DNA from: Octopus vulgaris
Taxonomy: Eukaryota
Length of the DNA stretch: 64,000 nucleotides
Direction of reading: 5' to 3'
Assembly (NCBI GenBank): GCA_951406725.2
Contig: OX597816.1
Span: 152,272,001 to 152,336,000 of the forward strand
Shown: piece by piece, positions 41,001 to 49,983 of the stretch
Position numbering within the stretch: the stretch's first letter is position 1
Layout: the number at the start of each line of letters is the position of its first letter
The notes under the pieces: generated by a model
The model's database searches: none
What the model saw: only the letters and a program-made list of their open reading frames with translations
Told to the model about the DNA's origin: nothing
Made by a program: the position numbers and the translations under genes

Positions 41001-44000
41001 TGTCACCGTCTTCGCTCACCATACGAATAGAACCAAATGGTGACAGATAGTAGAGATAACCTGAAAGTTGTTCCTCTTCGATTATTATCGTAAACAGCAG
41101 TAGTTTTCGTCAACTATCATTGATTGATTGAAATTACCCAAACGCAACAACTTTAACACAAAATAACTTCTAAAATATGAAATTTTGTCAAAAGGATTCA
41201 GAGTAAACCGTGTTCTATTTGAGAAATTCTACCAGTATTTGAAGTTTCAAACTGTTTATTTAAAAAAAATTAATTTAAAAAATCTGTGATTGAAATGGAA
41301 TAGATCCAGTGTTTGTTTATTATGTGGCACTGACATAGGTACTCTTTTACATGGTATGATTAGGCTTAGATTAGTCTTGTAAATCACAACGATAATATTT
41401 ATTTTTGTATATACTCCTCTTTAAAGATACCTATGATCTGCTAATTTTAAATACAAACTTGTTTTGGAAACATTGATACAAGGGAGTCACTGGACCCTCT
41501 ATAAATAATGATCATCTTGATCTCTCACAATTCCCATCCAATCCACAACCTTAGAACAGCTACAATTCATGTAGGCAAAATGAAAGGTAGGTCTGGTGAG
41601 ATTGTTAAAATGTTAGGACAGAAATGTGTAGTTGTATGCTGTATACAAAAAGTAAGACAGAGGAGAGCCTCGGCTAGACTACTCACAAGCAATGAAAAAG
41701 ATACAAATTTTTCTTGGGTGGCAATGGTGATGGTGTGGGAGGTGCAGAAATACTTTTGGTTAAAAATGGGCAGATAAAGTGATCAAGGTAGTTAAAGTGT
41801 GTGTGATAGGATAATTAAATTTAGACTAATCTTGGAAAACATGATAGCAACATTTATCTTGTGTGTGTGTGTGAAGGTATGTGTGTCTCCTTGACTTGAC
41901 ATTGTGTAATAATTGTAAAGAAGCATCACCATCTTTCAAACAGCGTCCTTTGTTTTCCAATCTCCTGTGAAAATATGTCCAATCATAGGGAAATATTAAC
42001 TTGCTTGAAACAGATGAGGGTTGACAATAGAAAGGGCATCTAGCCAAAAAAATGTGCCTCAATAAATTCTGTTTGATCCATGCAAGCATGGAAAAGTAAA
42101 TGTTAAAACAATGATGATGGTAGTGGTGGTGCTGGTGGCATTGGTAGTGATGATGATGATAATGATGATGATGACACGTAGAGTGTGTGTGTGAGTGTGT
42201 AAGGTGATCAAAGCATAAAAATAGGTATCTGTCTTCAGAAAACAAACAGTGGAAGATGAGAGCTTTCCAAATCTTGGTCAGACAACATGAAATAGACAAC
42301 AAAAGGATAGTTCCCAACTAGCAACACATGATCAAGTTATTTAATATACACATCAATTTGGAGTTCTGTAATTCAATAAAGCTCATCAGATGTGTCTGGA
42401 AACATCTCTTCAGGGGATCTGGCACTGCAATGTTTGTTCTGATGAAGCGAAATTAATTGATTCTATCATGAACAATGCATCTGCAGCAATGAGGCCTTCT
42501 GGAACTTTCTTGTTTTTCTATTCATGAAGATACACCAAAATTCAATAACTTGCTATCCACTTAAAAACTGGCCAACAATTTTTTTTTTACTTGAGGAATA
42601 CATGCAACACAGCTAACTGTAAATATAAAGTATGCAATGCTTACAACCCTTTTCAAGTTATGCCAGTATGAGCTTTGCAAAAATATCAACTTCTGTTTTA
42701 CTTAAACACTGAACAGCTAGCAATGGTGTCAAAAAATATGTTCCTGTTGAAAGCCAACATGAAAGAAGTTTTCAAAGTGCCATTGAAAGAGAGAATACTG
42801 TACAAGCCAATCAACCAGAAGGCTTCTTTCTATGACTCCTCTGTAGTGTGAGATTCAAGTTCATTTCAAGATCTTTGAAGATCCAATGACAAAGTTTGCC
42901 CCACCGCTAGAGGGCAAGACATAAATTAATACTTGGATTGCTAGAGAGTGATGACCAACAGGATGTCAGAAGCTTCTCTGCTTCACACTGCTTTTCTTAG
43001 GGTTCATTTCACTATAGTGTCAAAATGTTGTGAACCCTGCTTGCTTCTATTTTGGCACAAGTATCATGATGACTTTGCTAAAGGTTTCAATCATCAAGCT
43101 CAAGATATACTCCAGCATGGAAACAGAGTTCACAAATGAAATCCATAATACAACCCTCTTCAACAAGCTTGGGGATATAAATGGCCAAGAACTTCAAAAG
43201 TACAGCATCTCTAAACCTAACTACACTGGAGCCAATAACCCAGCAACAGAAGTTTTGAAAGATGCATCATATAATGTTGACATATTAACAGCATATATCA
43301 ATGAATAACCCAAACCCACTGTAGATGAAAGGGCAGTCAATTCTAGTGTTGTTGACAAGATTCTGATTTGGCAACCAGAAGCTGACATTTGCTTTCCTGA
43401 TATCTGCAGTATCTGAAGATATAACTACATAGTTATTGCTGTTATTTCTTCAGGTAGTGCTGCCATGTTCCTCCATGGTTGGGGTTGTACATTTTCTTGG
43501 GCTGTTTGCCAAATTGCAAGGAATTGGAGAACCATGTGAGTTTTAAGTGATACTATCAGGTCATACCATAAGTTCTGTCTGAATTTTGAATAAAGAAAAC
43601 AAGTGATCAAATGTTATATTTAATTGAAATTTAATCATCAATGTACTTTCCCTGATTATCTATGACTACCTTCCATCTATTTACAAGCTTTTTAATCCCA
43701 TCAGTGTAAAACTCTTCTGGTTTCAAGGCAAAAAACTCTGAAATTTCAGTTTCGACCTCCTCCTGGCTTGCGAAAGTTATGTCCCCACAAATGATTCTGT
43801 AAACTATGAAACAAATGGTAGACTGAAGGAGCAAGGTCGGGAGAATAAAGTGGATGAGGAATTTTTTCCCAACCAAGCTCTTCAATCTTCTGTGATGTGA
43901 TCTTTGCCATGTGGGGTCGTGCATTGTCCTGATGAAACATCACTCCTTTTTGATTCACTAAAGCAGGTCTTTTTTCCTTCAAAGCTTGGTTCAAATGCTC

Positions 44001-46683
44001 TAATTGCTGACAGTAGACTTGAGGATTGAATGTTGCATTAGGTGGTAACAATTCAAAGTGAATTACTCCTTTGCAATTCCACCAGATAGAGAGAAGAACC
44101 TTTTTTCCATGAAGTTCCCTTCTCGGTTGTGGTTGAGCTTTTTCCCTTTTATCAAGCCACTGTTTATGACGTTTAATATTTCGATAGAAGATCCATTTTT
44201 TTGTCACCAGTCACAAGTCTATCCAATAAGGGTGAAATGAGCTCGCGAGAATGGAGAACTCGAGATTTGCAGTTGCTTTTGGATAATTCACGAGGCACCC
44301 ATTTTCCAAGTTTAGGAACATTTCCAAGTTGTTGAAGATGACGATGAACAGTTGTATGGCTTGAACTAAGATTTATTGCTAATTCTTCAACTGATAATGC
44401 AGGATTTTCTTCAAGTAATGCCTCAAGGAGCTTATCATCAAACTCAACTGGACATCCTGTTCGATCTTCATCTTCAAGGCTGAAATCTCCACTTCTGAAT
44501 TTTGCAAACCATCTTCTGCAATTTCTTTCATTCAAGCATTCTTTCCCATAAACTGAGTGTATGTTTCGAGTTGCTTTGGCTGCAAAGTTTCCTTTTTTGT
44601 ACTTATAAAGCATTATGGACCCCAAATGCTCTTTGGATACTTCCATGTTAGAAAGGGTTTTAATCAAAGAAATTTAAATTCTATTATTCTGTAAAATAAT
44701 ATTTAATTAGTTTAAATGTACACAAATGCATAAAAATAATTTTTAATTCCATTTGACATTCTAAAATACTATTAAATTTCATTCAATTTTAAAAATGGTA
44801 AAATCTGACAGAACGTATGAGATGACCTGATAAATGTTTGTCAAGTATAAATGCACAATTTCTCACAAGAAATCTCTGGAGTTTCTGGACAGCAGATAGC
44901 AGAACTTATGCAACAACATTTCAATGAGAGAAGTAGCAACAGTAATGACAGGTGACTTCTGTCAAATCCTGCCAGAGATTTCAAAAGAAACAAAAGCCTA
45001 TGAAATCCACTCTTGTTTTAAAGCGTCATCACTTAGGAGAAAAGTTAAATTTTTACAGTCTCAAAATATAAGAATCAATTCTTTTGTTGATCAGCTGTCA
45101 AGTCATTTTGCCAAATATTTGTTACAATATGAAAAGGAAAGATTTCTTCCAGCAGTAATAGCGCTACGAATTCAGCTCCCGTAAGTACAGGGTTAATACA
45201 ACAAACGAACTGATATCGAATGTGTATTTCAACCTCAAACATACTAAACACGAAACTGGATGTTAAGAGATAATAATCTCAGTTTCAAAAACAATTCTCT
45301 TTTTACTGAGTTTTCGACCATTTGTCAAAAACTCTAAATTCAATGGTTTCGCTTTCTGAATCGTAAGAAGAAAAATCCACTGAAATCTTTGTAAATTAAA
45401 ATAAATAATAAAGAAATAGTTCGGAAAAACAAACATGAAAGCAAACTCTGAAACAAAATTCACGTTTATTGTCCTGTTAGTTCATTTACAATTCTAAAGC
45501 AGACAACATTTGATAAAATACTTCCACACCAGTTTAACACCTAGATTACACGTTTGTTCAAATTTCTAATAACAATCTCGAACGGACAAGAAAGTCGTTA
45601 AAGTGTTTCAAAAAACGCCTTAAAATATTTGTTCCGGCTCTCTGCGCTCTGAGTTAAAAACCCACCGAGGACAACTTTAGGTGATCTTTGAGTTTGGCAC
45701 AACCCTTTTACTTTTGTCACTCAAAATAGCATATCTTGGAGATAAGTCTAAATCAAGCACATCGAAACGATTCAAAGGTAGATGCAACTTTCATATCCGT
45801 CATCCTTAACACGTCCGATGTGTTTGGAAAAAGAAACACGTTTTTATCGCTCAAATGTTTTTTTCTTTTTAAGTTTAAGGTAAGCGTTTAACTGGATTGC
45901 TTTCATATAACATTTGAAAATATATTCAAACATCGTACGATTTAAAAAGAAACCAGCTCAGATTGTCAGCTGAAAGAACAATGGCAATTTTCAGTCTTCT
46001 GATTTACGTATTGAGTTCTATAATTCATTGTGTCTTGGTATGAATCAATCCGAGATGTGTGTGTGTGTGTGTGAGCGTGCGCGCGTGGCTTTCAATCGTT
46101 TCATAGTTTAGACGTGTTTGATTTAGGCCGTTATCACTAGGATACGCCATCTTGATAAAAGTGAAAGTGATGTGATTGCCTTTCATCCATTCAGTGTCAA
46201 CAAATAAAGTACTATTGAAGCAATGAGATCGATTTCTCTCTCCTTCTCTCTCTCTCTCTCTCTCTCACACACTTACAATCAGCTAAATGAAGGAACAAAG
46301 AAAAGAACGTCCATATCGTGGCCCCACTAATTATGTCACCACCAATATGAACATGATAAAAAACAATATAACTATGGTTGAAAAGAGAAATACTAGAAAG
46401 ATACGGAGATCGCTTCAGTTTAAGTACAAAACTCTACCTACGAAATATTTGATAAGATAATTTTCTCTTTAAACTTCCCACATAATGGTAGGCTTCTGGT
46501 CTTAACGATATAGCTGACATCGTGAATACTGATAATAGTTTGTTGACTCAGGCTCAATCTCCTGAAATCGAAATTGTCTATATCGAAATTTGAATCGTCC
46601 GGAGTTTCCCGTGGAATCTCCAAAGATATTTTTGGATCCTCTTGGTCATTGTTATTTTCAACATTAGCTGCTGTTTCGTCCAT
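1098..46683 (-). CDS. ABCG2: ABCG2-like half ABC transporter, complete spliced CDS (17 coding exons, 1986 nt, 661 aa)
   Basis: Joined exons give Walker [11 protein letters not shown]-loop YVEQDD, signature ISGGERKR, Walker B ILFLDE, D-loop PTTGLD, H-loop SIHQPR and NPTDFF, followed by a hydrophobic TMD (NBD-before-TMD, G family). All splice phases are compatible and the total length is divisible by 3. Confidence 0.93.
1817..1881 (-). CDS. ABCG2: ABCG2-like coding exon 16 (65 nt, [22 protein letters not shown])
   Basis: tttcag|CTA...AAT TG|gtaagt; NE and FCP motifs of extracellular loop 3. Confidence 0.9.
2561..2878. mobile_element. hAT-type MITE
   Basis: TIR cagtggttctcaac / gttgagaaacccag with a perfect 8-bp TSD ATTTAAAT on both sides. 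Confidence 0.8.
3405..3494 (-). CDS. ABCG2: ABCG2-like coding exon 15 (90 nt, [30 protein letters not shown])
   Basis: cag|CTT...GTT|gtaagt. Confidence 0.94.
4206..4360 (-). CDS. ABCG2: ABCG2-like coding exon 14 (155 nt, TM4-TM5)
   Basis: acag|GA TTC AAG...ATG ATG|gtaagt. Confidence 0.94.
5071..5195 (-). CDS. ABCG2: ABCG2-like coding exon 13 (125 nt, [17 protein letters not shown]...DIVPMRILP)
   Basis: ttttag|T CGT...ATT G|gtaaga. Confidence 0.94.
5305..5423 (+). repeat. degenerate (TTAGGG)n-like tract
   Basis: ttagggttagggttaagg...gttagggttagggg. Confidence 0.7.
6882..7850 (-). mobile_element. non-autonomous Helitron-like element
   Basis: Minus-strand 3' end CTAG|T with subterminal hairpin GTGACCC-act-GGGTCAC. 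A Helitron-like AT-rich/(GTTT) 5' region lies near 7820-7850; that end is approximate. Confidence 0.55.
7860..8700 (-). mobile_element. degraded IS630-Tc1-mariner transposase, maT/DD37D-like
   Basis: Fragments [24 protein letters not shown] and [10 protein letters not shown] (PDLNPLDY-type third D), with frameshifts. Confidence 0.7.
10563..10652 (-). CDS. ABCG2: ABCG2-like coding exon 12 (90 nt, [28 protein letters not shown])
   Basis: ctgcag|G AAT...TTC GT|gtaagt. Confidence 0.94.
11887..11969 (-). CDS. ABCG2: ABCG2-like coding exon 11 (83 nt, TM1 ...GLIYFQL...GLQNR)
   Basis: tttttag|ATA...AAT AG|gtaaac. Confidence 0.93.
12276..12440 (-). mobile_element. mariner terminal fragment
   Basis: TA|cgagggagtgctgagaagttcc mariner-type TIR; no transposase core follows. 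Confidence 0.55.
13155..14280 (+). mobile_element. Penelope-like retroelement relic (RT fragment, GIY-YIG endonuclease, downstream pLTR-like region)
   Basis: CDLIG...LYRDEAL (YRDD-like), then [14 protein letters not shown]...IVYKAEV...[10 protein letters not shown]...TTLAKHIW...IKWKILE...RLCLAEK. Confidence 0.75.
14346..14705 (-). mobile_element. RTE 3'-tail-derived short copy
   Basis: (CAT)n followed by ttttccatgct...ggatgcccttcctaatg, the reverse complement of the LINE tail at 31380-31532. Similar copies at 6427-6640 and 22993-23215. Confidence 0.65.
15100..15319. mobile_element. piggyBac-like MITE
   Basis: TTAA|ccctttag...cagag|TTAA; same family as 32880-33099 and 16292-16511. Confidence 0.6.
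15688..16917. repeat. long near-perfect inverted duplication (~500-bp arms)
   Basis: 15688-16185 is the reverse complement of about 16420-16917, with two substitutions visible by eye. Confidence 0.92.
17236..17301 (-). CDS. ABCG2: ABCG2-like coding exon 10 (66 nt, [22 protein letters not shown])
   Basis: tttcag|TTG...CTC|gtaagt; elbow helix RxxKNLxRNP. Confidence 0.92.
17788..20843 (-). mobile_element. Helitron, internally deleted, with degraded PIF1-like helicase
   Basis: A|TC 5' end (20843) and hairpin plus CTAG|T 3' end (17788). Helicase motifs [37 protein letters not shown]...CNGT and [21 protein letters not shown], with frameshifts. Confidence 0.9.
21005..21113 (-). CDS. ABCG2: ABCG2-like coding exon 9 (109 nt, LTETTAII...YRASFFRQ)
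   Basis: tttcag|T TTG...CAG|gtaatt; YxxSFxxQ pre-TMD motif. Confidence 0.88.
21160..22120 (-). mobile_element. degraded RTE-type LINE, APE endonuclease region
   Basis: KFFWIG...GVGILLAEK...[14 protein letters not shown]-like and QIDYIL-like remnants. Confidence 0.75.
22179..22497. mobile_element. hAT-type MITE, same family as 2561-2878
   Basis: Shared TIR and internal sequence (catataagatttt...gaatggctatggg.gtccaccagaataa). Confidence 0.7.
23814..23871 (-). CDS. ABCG2: ABCG2-like coding exon 8 (58 nt linker, [20 protein letters not shown])
   Basis: tttccatttccag|...CG|gtaaat; supplies exactly the phase-1 to phase-2 bridge needed between exons 7 and 9. Confidence 0.8.
24012..24140. repeat. 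(CA)n and (CAAA)n microsatellite
   Basis: Read directly from the sequence. Confidence 0.95.
24215..24316 (-). CDS. ABCG2: ABCG2-like coding exon 7 (102 nt, [19 protein letters not shown])
   Basis: aag|GT TAC...CAA G|gtttgg; contains the ABCG NPxDF motif. Confidence 0.9.
24550..25860 (+). mobile_element. second Penelope-like GIY-YIG relic with a low-complexity insert
   Basis: GVIYEAVV (~24620), RYIT (~25555) and [26 protein letters not shown] (~25665-25745) parallel the 13400-13690 copy. Confidence 0.55.
25008..25370 (+). mobile_element. tRNA-derived SINE with TSD
   Basis: A box tggcccagtggttagg, B box ggtttcgattcc, (AAAC)n tail and 13-bp TSD ATCAGCAACATCA. Confidence 0.85.
26097..26347 (+). 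mobile_element. tRNA-derived SINE embedded in (TA)n
   Basis: tggcttagtggttagg and ggtttcgattcc boxes; gtgttcttgagcaaaacactt core. Confidence 0.8.
27237..27388 (-). CDS. ABCG2: ABCG2-like coding exon 6 (152 nt, H-loop SIHQPRY)
   Basis: cag|G TTA TCC...ATA G|gtaatt. Confidence 0.95.
28058..30682 (+). CDS. RTE LINE ORF: partial APE endonuclease, reverse transcriptase and embedded PHD finger (874 aa, no stops)
   Basis: [48 protein letters not shown]4HC3 finger and YLG. The listed ATG probably comes from flanking DNA. Confidence 0.9.
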   Translation: MNFVADDFNGHVGRHAGGFHGVNGGYGYSSRNKEGTRLLEFCDANNLMVCNTNFRKPTSHLVTYRSGQHTSQIDYILARQRERWLLINAKTFQGEECTPQHRLVVSDFRIRTKRTTRRRPIWRRRIWKLKDPANGQRFRDMLLEAFDGVEGDRVSHGVEGNWTFLRDNLLRATDLICGWCKDPSRPKVTWWWNNVVDRAIREKRQAWKDWKYGGSRELYQTAKREARRQVYLARGEADKKKFANVLRHEGQRLEVFRVARQCVRENCDVVGEKCVHMEDDSLALNEDAKREVWRCHYERLLNKENEWDKKSLPNVDQTEGPAIRVDSSLVVKAIRSMKTGKAPGPLGITAEMLKISGSVGYSLVTCIVNQVIHKGVIPNDWCSSIIVNCYKGKGDALDTNNYRSIKLLDEVMEVTERVIAQLIRERVSLDEMQFGFVPGKSTTDAIFLVRQLQEKYLAKDKPLYLAFVDMEKAFDRVPQSLIWWSMRKLGIDEWLVRAVRAMYRDAASKVRVDNEYSEEFRVEVGVHQGSVLSPLLFTIVLQAITEEFKTGCPWELLYADDLALIAESLSELEEKFQVWKQGLESKGLRVNLAKTKVLISSKVDKSQMPSGRWLCLICRKGVGRNSIRCTKCKLWTHKRCSNVKGRLTRKIVFVCGRCSGAINTENALRPTSATFQGEKLEIVDSFHYLGDQVSSGGGCAESVNARVRIAWAKFRELLPLLVTKGLSLRVKGRLYDACVRTAMLNGSETWAVTAEDMRKLARNEVSLLRWMCNVSVYTRQSVSTLREKLDLRSIRCDVQERHLRWYGHVARMDEDSCVKKCHTLAVEGTCGRGRPRKTWDEVVKHDLRTLGLTEEMTRDRDLWKYAAHEKTRQD
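28065..31532 (+). mobile_element. 5'-truncated RTE-clade LINE (ORF, repeat-containing 3' UTR and (GAT)n tail), antisense within an ABCG2 intron
   Basis: Starts inside the endonuclease (DFNGHVG), runs through the RT to the RGRPRKTW C-terminus, then a 3' UTR and tgatgatgat tail. Confidence 0.93.
30885..31365 (+). repeat. GC-rich tandem array (~62-67-bp units) in the LINE 3' UTR
   Basis: Core ggtggcaYgtaaaaagcacc recurs 7 times plus one degenerate unit; preceded by (AAATC)n at ~30795-30850. Confidence 0.9.
31928..32148. mobile_element. piggyBac-like MITE
   Basis: TTAA|cccttttgttacc...ggtaacaaaaggg|TTAA, a perfect 13-bp TIR. Confidence 0.8.
32880..33099. mobile_element. piggyBac-like MITE
   Basis: TTAA|ctctttag...ctaaaggg|TTAA. 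Confidence 0.65.
33884..34041 (-). CDS. ABCG2: ABCG2-like coding exon 5 (158 nt, signature and Walker B)
   Basis: Absent from the ORF track. Reads [52 protein letters not shown] with tag|...|gtaatt borders. Confidence 0.96.
34360..35449 (+). mobile_element. mariner transposon, pseudogenised
   Basis: TA TSD and TIR cgaggggtgt.tgaaa. Transposase has an HTH, SAR*VP (WVP stop), [11 protein letters not shown] and [10 protein letters not shown], with a frameshift and a 3' deletion. Confidence 0.9.
36809..36961 (-). CDS. ABCG2: ABCG2-like coding exon 4 (153 nt, [14 protein letters not shown]...VADSR)
   Basis: tag|GAT GAT...TCC AGA|gtaagt. Confidence 0.95.
37804..37918 (-). CDS. ABCG2: ABCG2-like coding exon 3 (115 nt, LLNVISG...GYVEQ)
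   Basis: tag|C TTG...GAA CAG|gtgagt; contains the Q-loop. Confidence 0.95.
38088..38308 (+). repeat. 21-bp minisatellite (gctactatgagaggctcaaat)
   Basis: About 9-10 degenerate copies. Confidence 0.8.
38310..39700 (+). mobile_element. old RTE LINE RT relic interrupted by SINEs
   Basis: [13 protein letters not shown]...GKAASPS aligns with [12 protein letters not shown]...GKAPGP of the young copy; decayed PHD at ~39610-39690. Confidence 0.7.
38560..38955 (-). mobile_element. tandem/partially duplicated SINE copies (family of 215-465)
   Basis: Repeated gattacatcgaccccag and gaactcagaacgtaacggcagacgaaatac blocks. Confidence 0.75.
40043..40102 (-). CDS. ABCG2: ABCG2-like coding exon 2 (60 nt, Walker [10 protein letters not shown])
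   Basis: cag|T GGA ATT...AAA TCC TC|gtaagt. Confidence 0.95.
40248..41308. mobile_element. non-autonomous DNA element with ~270-bp TIRs and GG...CC termini
   Basis: 40248-40520 is the imperfect reverse complement of 41048-41308. Internal similarity to the 52562 MITE (actggtagaat, atttcaaccaatcaa). No TSD seen. Confidence 0.8.
41520..41850 (+). mobile_element. RTE-like endonuclease 5' fragment
   Basis: [19 protein letters not shown]...CCIQKVR. Confidence 0.6.
42470..45260 (+). mobile_element. heavily decayed Helitron Rep/helicase relic, split by a mariner insertion
   Basis: [42 protein letters not shown] and [10 protein letters not shown] are collinear with the 18167-19722 helicase. Confidence 0.65.
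43556..44830 (-). mobile_element. mariner transposon, full length, frameshifted
   Basis: TA TSDs and TIR tcaggtcat..cata.gttctgtc. Motifs [24 protein letters not shown] and [10 protein letters not shown] (third D lost). Confidence 0.93.
46442..46683 (-). CDS. ABCG2: ABCG2-like coding exon 1 (MDETAAN...[10 protein letters not shown])
   Basis: ATG lies 6 nt after a cag acceptor (46692-46690). [11 protein letters not shown]...KIILSNI matches the ABCG N-terminal strand. GT donor at 46441, phase 2. Confidence 0.85.
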
Positions 46684-47099
46684 TTAAACCTGTGCCGTTC
46701 ACGAAAACGAATGAGTTACACAAGCCAATTGTATATCTCTTTCTTTCCTTCTCTCTATTTATGTTATGTCTCTTTCCCTCGATCGAAAAGAAATCAAAAT
46801 ATTTTCGGTTGTCTTGTTTTCTTTCTTCTCTTTCTTTCTTTCTTTCTTTCTCTCCTTGGACGTTTATATATTCGAAATATCGTTTCATAGGATGACAAGC
46901 TTAAGCGTGCGAACAGTGAACTTTTCAGATTTATGCCTAACATCATGTAATACCTATGTGTATAACTACATGTACGCGCATATATATCATGTGAAATCGT
47001 TCTTATAACATTGTCTTTGGGACACCATTTTTGTTTTAATCATACACGTATGCAGGGCCTGTAAGAAAAAATTTACAAAGTGGAATGAGTACTTTCGTG

Positions 47100-49673
47100 G
47101 GTCAATATAAAGTTTAAGACACGTTAACGAAAACAAAATGAGTCTCCTCTCTAATAGGTGTAAAAAAAAGTGTGTAGAAAACGAATATGGAAAAGAATTT
47201 GCGCAAACAAACGTGGGGGTGGGGAGAGGACTTTCGGAAAATTCATAAGATCTGATTTTTCCCCTCATAACTTTCAGAAAAATGGATACATATTGATGAA
47301 ACTTTATAGAAATACCGTTCAAATGGCACAAATTACGATTATAAAGAAATTTCTGGGGAAAATGTTTTCCGAAGAGGTGGGGAGAGGACTGTCGGAAAGT
47401 TCACACGATCTGTTTTTTCCCCTCATAACTTTTAGGAAAATGGATATCTTTTCATGAAATTTTATAGAAACAACTTTCAAACAGCATAGATTACGATTAT
47501 AAAGAAATTTTTGGGGAAATGTTTTCAGAAGGAGTGGGAAGAGGACTGTTGGAAAGTTCACACGATCCGTTTTTTACCCCTCATAACTTTCAGGATCTAG
47601 CCTAGCGCCCGGTCACCAAAACGATTTTTTTTTTTCACCGGATTCCTATGTTTTCGATGACGGAGATTCAGAACATGCAAAAATAACCACGTTTTCAATA
47701 TTTTTAAACACCTCCACTCCCAATTTTTAATTCTTAACTTTTATCGAATTTTTTTTCCAATCTACGTGGAGAAATACGGAGATTAATAATATGAGAGGGA
47801 AAAAACATTTTAATTTCAAATTTTTTATGAAAAACTCCAAAATTGATCAACACTCCCCTTGCTACCCCATCCCGCTGTCTAAAAGTGTAAATGAATGGCT
47901 GTTTTGTCCGTTTCCACATGCGTAGATTTATAGTAAAATAGCAAAAGGATCACGGCATGTGAAGCCCTCACCACGAAACTCGATATGCTAAAAATAACAT
48001 ATAACGTGTGTATCAATCGAAATTAAAATCCTCATTCAATGATAGATCGATCAAGTTCCTAAAGTTTTAAGGTTGTTGGTAGCAACATATTTTCTCTTTT
48101 AATTGAATATTAAAAAAGAAAATGCAAGGGAAATTAATTTTGGCGGTAACCCCTTGTTTCATTATCACAATTAAATGATACCCCTTGTTTCATTATCATA
48201 ATTAAAAGGAAATTCAGAGGTGTAACATTGCGTAAGTTCACTTCTGTAAATGTTTTTCTTGCATACCAACACTTACCTACCCCCCACACACTTATACATA
48301 TACGTACGCGGATACACATGGATGAAGTTCCATTTTGGAAGTATAAATCCATAAATCCTTAAAAATGTTTCAGCCCGAAGGTTGCGGCCATACTGGGGCA
48401 CCACCGCTGAATGAGTTACACTAGTATGTGAATCCACCTCTGATACGTGGCACTTGGTCAACAAGGGAGTTCGATGCCGCTGCCCGCATCTGTGTCTCCT
48501 GCAGAGAGGTAGGTTCATCTGGGACCCCCGACAAGAAGAGATCCAGTTTAGTTTTAAAGAAACCCACATCCACACCATGCAAGTCTCTCAGGCATTTAGG
48601 GGGGATGTTGAAGAGCTGTGGTCCTCTGAAACCCAAGCCGTTGCAGTATCTGGTCCTGTATTTTGATGGTGATGTTGGAATCTTTGGTACCATGCAGTGG
48701 CGCCAAAGTTTTTATTATTTTGGAATGAAGAACAGAAACATAGGTGCTGAACCAGTGACTAAACTTGTAGTATTTTGTTGGGATTAATCCAATGAATTGA
48801 TAGCAAGATAATTGCTTCTATCAGGATCGTTTACCTTTAAAGCGAAAGAACAAAACCGACATATACGACAGATATGTAAAATATATTTCTGTGTACTTCT
48901 TTCTCTGTTCACTCGGATAAGCTGAAGAAATTGTTGCACGCGCGCAAACACAAACAAAAATTCTCCAGACATTTAGCTGTTATTTTTAGCATATCAAATT
49001 TCGTGGTGTGGGATTCACATGCTGTGATTCTTTTGTTGTTTCACTATAAAATCTACACATGCGGAAACGGACGAAACAGCTGTTCATTTTCACTTTTAGA
49101 CAGCGGGATGGGGTGTTGATCAATTTTGGAGTTTTTCATAAAAAATTTGAAATTAAAATGTTTTTTTCCCCTCATATTTTTAATCTCTGTATTTCTCCAC
49201 GTAGACTGAAAAAAAAAATAAATAAAAATAAAAATTGAAAATTTGGGTGGGATGTTTAAAAATATTTCAAACGTGTTTTTTTTTTTTTGCATATTCGGAA
49301 TCTCCGTCATCGAAAACATAGGAATCCGGTGAAAAAAAAATCCTGAAAGTTATGAGGGGTAAAAAACGGGTCGTGTGAACTTTCCGACAGTCCCCTCCCC
49401 ACCCCTTCTGAAAACATTTCCCCAGCAGTTTCTTTATAATCGTAATCTATGCTGATTGAAAGGTGTTTCTGTAAAATTTCATGAAAAGATATCCATTTTC
49501 CTAGAAGCTATGAGGGGAAAAACAGATCGTGTGAATTTTCCGACTGTCCTCTCCCCACATCACGTTCATTTGCGCAATTTTTTTTTCATAATCATTTTCT
49601 ACACGCTTTTGTTTACACCTAGTAAGCAGAGCTTTTTTGTTTTCGTTAACGGGTCTTAAGCTTTATATCGACC
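47100..49673. mobile_element. foldback element with ~700-900-bp TIRs (Merlin-like termini)
   Basis: GG...CC termini, perfect 8-bp TSD CTTTCGTG, arms 47100-~48000 and ~48978-49673. Confidence 0.8.
48330..48705 (-). mobile_element. 3' fragment of a CR1/L2-group LINE nested in the foldback element
   Basis: RGPQLFNIPPKCLRDL...FKTKLDLFLSGVPDEP C-terminal RT signature. Confidence 0.65.
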
Positions 49674-49869
49674 CTTTCGTGGTGGTTGTGGTAGGAGGAG
49701 GGGCCACTCAAAATTCAAAAACGAAACTGTAAGGCTTATATAACTTCTTTTTATTTGGGAAGGCCCATCAAATATTCGTGGATCCCATTCTGGGGCTCCA
49801 GGGCCTCGGACCGAGCTCCTGGCTGAACCCCACTCTTATATGAACTTCATGTACATATGTTCTTGTGTG

Positions 49870-49924
<55 letters not shown>

Positions 49925-49934
49925 ATCTATATAT

Positions 49935-49983
<49 letters not shown>

